A stretch of DNA of 64,000 bases from positions 14,592,001 to 14,656,000 of the forward strand of contig CP068257.2 in the NCBI GenBank assembly GCA_009914755.4. The letters are read 5' to 3'. This stretch comes from the human T2T-CHM13v2.0 reference genome, Homo sapiens. Below, piece after piece: positions 57,327-64,000 of this stretch. How positions within the stretch are numbered: the stretch's first letter is position 1; the number at the start of each line of letters is the position of its first letter. The translations under genes were made by a program, and so were the position numbers. Under the pieces are notes generated by a model, which saw only the letters and a program-made list of their open reading frames with translations, had not been told where the DNA came from and made no database searches.

Positions 57327-59520
57327 AAGAGTAATAACTCAGTGCCCCGAATTGTAGCCAGGATACTTCACCAAAGAAACATAAAATATAAACACCCACC
57401 CCCCAACTCTTCAACTCATTATCAGTGACTTCTATCAGACTCTTGAATATGCACCCTTGGGAAATGGAGTAAGAACCATAGCTTAAATCGTTTAAACTCA
57501 TATGGGACAAAACGATGAAAATATGCAAGAGGGAACAATCTTACATTGGAAAAGAAATCAAGCCAATGACCCAATATATCTTTTTATTATTTCTTGGGAG
57601 AACCTGTATGTTTAATTCATGGAATTCTTCACTGTTTCTATGTTGAAATACACTTATGTGAAAATTGCACTCCTATTAATAAAATAGGACTTTAAAAAGC
57701 CCAAGGATTTTAGTATCGAAATGTTTCTGTGCAATATATTAACATTCATTGACTATGTGAATCCCCACCTGTACTTCGTGTAAATTACCAAAGGTGCCCT
57801 TTCCTCTGTGCACATGACACGTGTGCCCTTGCCGGTGTAATTGGACTCATGCTTAGGGCTTAGTGAGAAGAGCCTGGGCTATATTTCAATCTCACTCACC
57901 ACCCTGGCCAATCTCCCTTTCACAGGGCTCAGTCCAAACAACCATATGCAACATCCTGTAAATGTTAGATAATGAATACAAAGACAGAATAAGATTCCAA
58001 ATAGAGTGAACTGAAGATAGACAAACCTCAGCTATGCCTTTCTTCCATCGGAAATTTTGAACAGCATGTAGAATAAAAGAGACATGTAGTTTCTCTGACA
58101 GAAAAAGCAATTACAAGCATGTCACATTTAAATGTGGATCACTGATTATTATTGACCCAAACTCTAAAAAAGCACTATTGTCCAAGTAGCATGCTTGTCA
58201 ATATTTTAAGCCTAAAAACTAATTTGACAAAGTTGTAGTAAGCTTAGGGTAGGAAAGGGAGGAGTTCATCAGGAACTGAGTAATCCCTGCTTTTTAGAGA
58301 ATACCTTTGGTTTTAAACTTAATTCTAATGATTTTACTGAGTATCCTCTCCTCTGTTGGACATTTCGAGTTGTAGAAAAATGTATGCAAGCAGTTTTGGA
58401 CCTTATGGAAGCAACACTTAGGAGCACCATATCAGTGTATGAGTCACTGTAAAACAGAACACAGAAATACAGAAGCCATGACAACAAAGAAAGCAGGTCC
58501 AAGGAGGAAAAACCTACATATCGGCAGGTGGATCAGAAAAGTTGCATGGGAAAAGTGGACTATTGCATTGGAAGCCTGTAAAGGGCAGGACCACTCTGTC
58601 ATCTTAACTAGCTTGGTAAGCAGATCCTGGGTTTCTGTATTAAAGCTGGTCCTTTGAATGAATGAGAGCACTAATATTTTCAGCTGGAGGAAAACAACAT
58701 GAATAAAAGTAAAAATGGAAGAGTGTAGGGCCTTTTTAGGGAAAGTAGACAATCCACTTTGGCAGGAGTGCAGGGTGTCTACATGGAAAGATGGGGTGTG
58801 AGTTGAGATTGGAAAGATACGAAAGTGTTCACCTGTAGACTAGGTTCTAGGGGAGTGTGTTGTTTTTCTATTTTCCTATTGTTTTCCAGATAATATATTT
58901 CTTTTGAAGTCTTTTGACCATAATCAAGCCTATAATCTATGAAGAATGAATTGCCATATGTATGTAGAAGGTATCATTTGAGTCAAGGAGTGTGAGAATG
59001 ATATGTAAGAAGATGTTCTTATGTAATATGTAAGAGAAGCAATAAGGACTTAATGTGAGACAAAAGTGAATATAATGAAGATGAAGTTTTGGCATGACTT
59101 AGGAAGTGTTTGGGTGAAACAACAACAAAAAAGGAAGCAGAAGGGTTAAAGACAACTGACATTTTGTGCCTGAGTAAATGGAAAAATGGTGTCGAGTTAA
59201 CAGATTAGGTAAAGCTAAGAGGTTTTCCTAGAACTCTGGAAATTTATTAAATATTTTTTCTTAACGAAAAGTGTAAACTGGCCCATAATGTAAGCAAATT
59301 TTGACTGAGATTCATGGTAGATTCTTAGCTCTTTTATAATTATTTAAGTAACATTAACTCTTGTTTATTCATTAAGCTCCAAGTCATCTTATGTAGTCAT
59401 ATATTTGTGTATATATTCCTGTCTTATCTTATGTAATGCAATCAGATTTGATTTGCAAATGTAAATGAACTCATGTATTTAATCAAGAATAAAGACATAA
59501 CACTGAATAACAGCCCTTAA

Positions 59521-59911
<391 letters not shown>

Positions 59912-60077
59912 AAAATTTTTTATTTTGAGATAATTTTAGGCTTACAGAAAAGTTACAAGATAGTGTACACAGTTTTTATATACACTTCACCTTGCTTTCC
60001 TAATGTTAACATATGATGTAACTGCAATCCAGTGAACAAAACTAAGAAATTAATGTTGGTTCTGCTAATTGACTTTA

Positions 60078-60351
<274 letters not shown>

Positions 60352-61309
60352 CTATTTTAAACTTTCAGACAATGAGAACTAACATGACGGATTGTACTCT
60401 AAATTGTTAGCTAATTACTATTAACACAACCTACCTCAAATGATCTTAGCACTCTGTAACAGTCTCCTTTTGTGCTATTTATTTTAAATTCCAACAACTT
60501 TGACCATTATAGCTGATGTAAATGTTTTAAGTAATAGATTGCAAAACAAACAAAAAGAAAGCTAAAAAATCTGAGAAAATGTATTGCTGGATGTAGAACA
60601 GCAAGTGTAGTAGAGGCTGGGGATACTATCAAGAAAATGGTAATGAAGATAGTAAAAACAGATCATTGGCAATTAGGAATTGATGCAAATTCTTTGACAT
60701 TATTAAGGGAAATAGTCATGTCCCTGGAGGCTGGAAAGAGTGGCCAACAATTCTGCAAGGAATAGGAAAGGAAATTTAGGTTTGGGGAGGACTCGTACAT
60801 TCCTCGAATAGAAAATTCTGGAGATGCTGAGTTTCCGGCCTGGCATCAACCCACTCTTGTTGGATTTCCAGCCTTATTTTACTATCCACCCTTGTTAAAT
60901 TCCCTCATCCACCCAATTGCTCAGGCCAGAAACCCAGATGTCATACTTGACCTCTCTTTCTGTAATTACCCCAATCTCATTGATCAACAAGTGCTGTTAC
61001 TTTTACCTCACAAATATATTTTTAAACCATCCCATTCTGTTTATCTCCATTGCTACCACCCTAGAATGCGACACTCTTCTCTCACAGCAGAACTATTGCA
61101 ATAACACCCCAAATGTTCTTCTTCAGTTTTTAATCCTTCTCTTTCTCTATCCTCTTTCCCATAGGGCAATCAGATTGATATTTTTAACTCATAGATCTGA
61201 TAATGTCATTCTTTTCTTAAAACCTTCCGAAGTCTTTTCATTGCACACAAATTGAACTTTTAAAAGAGGTGCAAATGTCCTGTATTAACTGGCTGTTGGT
61301 CATCCCTCT

Positions 61310-61688
61310 TGATACGGTTTGTCTGTGTCCCCACCCAACTCGCACCTTGAATTGTAGTTTCCATGATCCCCACGTGTTGTGGAGGGGACCAGGTGAAGAT
61401 AATTGAATCATGGGGCCAGTTCCCCCCATCCTGTTCTCCTAATAGTGAGTTGGTTTTCACGGGATCTGATGGTTTTATAAGGGGCTTCCCCTTTGGCGGG
61501 GCTCTCATTCTTCTCTCTCCTGAGCCATGTGAAGAAGAACGTGTTTGCTTCCCCTTCCGCCACGATTGTAAGTTTTCTGAGACTTCCCAGCCCTGCAGAA
61601 CTGTGAGTCAATTAAACCTCTTTCCTTTATAAATTACCCATTCTTGGGTATATCTTTATTGGCAGTGTGAGAGCAGACTAATATACCT
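61310..61688 (+). mobile_element. THE1-type (ERVL-MaLR) LTR, plus orientation
   Basis: The element begins tgatacggtttgtctgtgtccccacccaactcgcaccttgaattgtagtttccatgatccccacgtgttgtggaggggaccaggtgaagataattgaatcatggggccag, continues ...gatctgatggttttataaggggcttcccctttggcggggctctcattcttctctctcctgagccatgtgaagaagaacgtgtttgcttccccttccgccacgattgtaagttttctgagacttcccagccctgcagaactgtgagtcaattaaacctctttcctttataaattacccattcttgggtatatctttattggcagtgtgagagcagactaatata. This matches the THE1 LTR from TGATATGG to CTAATACA. Confidence 0.85.
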
Positions 61689-62700
61689 CTCAACTCATCA
61701 CTCCTTTTGCCTAGATGGGATCTGCTGCAGGCAAGATATTCCCGGCCTCAGAAGCTGAGGGGAGAACCTTCTGTTCTTCCCCACCTTCGGCTTGCATTCC
61801 TCCTTCAGCATCTTCTTAAGGACAGTTTCTACTGCACAGTGATCAAAGTTGCAGAGGGGTGAAGTGTGGATATCCAGGAACCCCCATTTTACTGTTACTG
61901 TCTTTACTGCACTTTCCACTATCCAGGGAGGGTAGTTTATGCCCTTTGGGTGCTTTTGGGTGCGTATCAGAGGAACCCACTGGGAACATTCGACTGTACT
62001 TCCTGTGTGTTGGGTAATAGAGTTTCCTCTCATTGTGTGTCATCCTCAGCTCACCTTTTTAGGGATCTATTCCACACAACTTTCTCCCTTATGATGTCCA
62101 GTATCCTTCCAGGTGTTCTGTTAGAGAGCTTCTTTTCATGCTTGGGAACACAAATATGGCTCACAGGCTATATTCATCTATTTTTGCACTGACGAATTCT
62201 GGGAATTTAAGCAGATTATCAACATTGTAGGAAGCTCTTCTTGAATCGAAGGCTGAAGCAGTTAGCTAATCCAAGTGTGACATTTACATTGTCCAACAGG
62301 ATTCAAAGTCAATTCCACTCTGTCTTCAAACTTCAGCTCCCCAAGTGGTCCTACTGAAATCTCTTTCATTAAAATTGAGTGGAAAGGCAGGCCCAATGCT
62401 CCCCAAAGAAATCTTCCTCAGAAAACCCTCTCACGTCTCTTCATTTCAGGCCTTATATAGTTTCAATGTGTTCACAGCCACCTACTTTGAAATTCCTACT
62501 TTGCCACTTAATACCTCCTATATAATGGTACTCCAATTAAACACTTTTAATGTAATGCACTGATATATACCCAAAATAAATAAAATCTTATATAAAGTGA
62601 CAACTTTAACTCTGATTTTAAATTAGACTTATCAAATTGAACACCAAAAGAGCATTTCAGTATGTAATTATTGGTACAGATGACCCATGTCAAAAAACTT
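61689..62700 (+). mobile_element. Possible MaLR internal sequence (THE1-int remnant) downstream of the LTR
   Basis: The sequence immediately follows the LTR 3' end, where a primer-binding site would be expected, and is non-Alu and moderately GC-rich. The overlapping ORFs (111 aa on the minus strand, 108 aa on the plus strand) match no protein I recognise. The assignment rests on position alone. Confidence 0.3.
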
Positions 62701-62747
62701 TTAAATTAAAGCCAAAGTATCTAATGCACTTAGAAAAGTGGACCATC

Positions 62748-63178
<431 letters not shown>

Positions 63179-64000
63179 AAAAGAAAAGTGGGCCATCAAT
63201 ATTAAGTACAAAATTCTACCCTTAAGTGTATTAAGCATTCTTTGTAGCTTTATTTTCATCTTCTACATGATTAAACATAAATTTCCAAGAAGGGGTACAT
63301 CTGTAAATTAGACTTTGAAAAGGAGCAAGATACTTGTTTCGGGAGAAGTTCAGTAAAGGGAAGCCACCGTTAAAAATGTCAACTATTGTATATCCATGGT
63401 AAGTTTGAAACATGTTGCTTTTAATCTTGTGTTCTAATAGCCAGAATTTACAGTGCTGCAACAATTTGTTTTTAAGTGGCTGGAAAAATGTAGTGAAACT
63501 TGTTATTAAGTATCTTATTTAGCAGAAACACCTTGTAATTTGTCTTAATAGTTGTGTTATTAATTTCTTATCCTGCTTGGGCCACAGCCTATTCAGAATG
63601 ATCTGAACTGCCTATCCAATCTTTAGAGCATTTAATGAATACATTTTATCTTCCCAAAAGAGATCTAAACAGTTAACTTAAAAATTTTTCTTAAAAACAT
63701 AAATTATATTATAATTGAATATTCTTGGTTGTTAAGTAGAAAATAGTATCATGTCTAATCGTAACATAAAGAAGCAGCATACATGTATGCTACTCAATTC
63801 GTTTAGTTGCTAGTATACTGAAACTACTTGAGTCAATCCTTTTCATGTATAATATGATGCCCTTAAATTTTGTGGTTGAATACTTAGACAAAACATAGAA
63901 TTAAAGGAAATAATATCATTGGTGAATTATTTTGCCGTATAAGTAGGTAAACTCAGAGGACACACCTGTTCTTGACTGAGAATGTTAGGTATATATTTGC

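Noticed and set aside
61698-62192. Overlapping ORFs of 111 aa (minus) and 108 aa (plus) just downstream of the THE1 LTR.
   Set aside because: They probably lie within decayed MaLR internal sequence, which has no intact gag/pol in humans. They overlap on opposite strands and neither has a recognisable domain.

Overview
This window reads as primate, almost certainly human, nuclear DNA from a gene-poor region; it is not a prokaryotic or viral locus. It is AT-rich, roughly 62-65% A+T by eye. It contains at least 18 Alu SINE insertions on both strands, ranging from old diverged copies to two CpG-rich AluY copies, and most have readable target-site duplications. It also contains ERVL-MaLR solo LTRs (three MLT1-like, two THE1-like), MIR and L2-type ancient repeats, and about ten microsatellites: (TA/TG)n, (TTTC)n, (TATG)n, (GTTTT)n, (CATC)n, (GATA)n, (TG)n and poly-A/T runs. 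No ORF in the six-frame track exceeds 123 aa and none looks like a real exon. Many of the ORFs are just Alu sequence read in frame, giving the typical '...[26 protein letters not shown]...' translations. I found no tRNA, rRNA, CRISPR array or operon structure. I cannot name the genomic locus from the sequence alone. Two things stand out beyond the routine repeats. First, several non-repeat blocks have retained CpG and are locally GC-rich, most clearly 43.2-44.35 kb, which carries an octamer/homeobox-like motif cluster, and 48.8-49.8 kb. In a gene desert these are candidate conserved non-coding or regulatory elements. Second, there are small local structural oddities: two pairs of dispersed direct duplications, a 30-bp exact repeat 1.3 kb apart, a tandem-plus-inverted motif cluster, and an Alu with a duplicated left monomer. 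None of this amounts to a novel 'biological system'. The honest description is repeat-rich human intergenic or intronic DNA with a few candidate regulatory islands.
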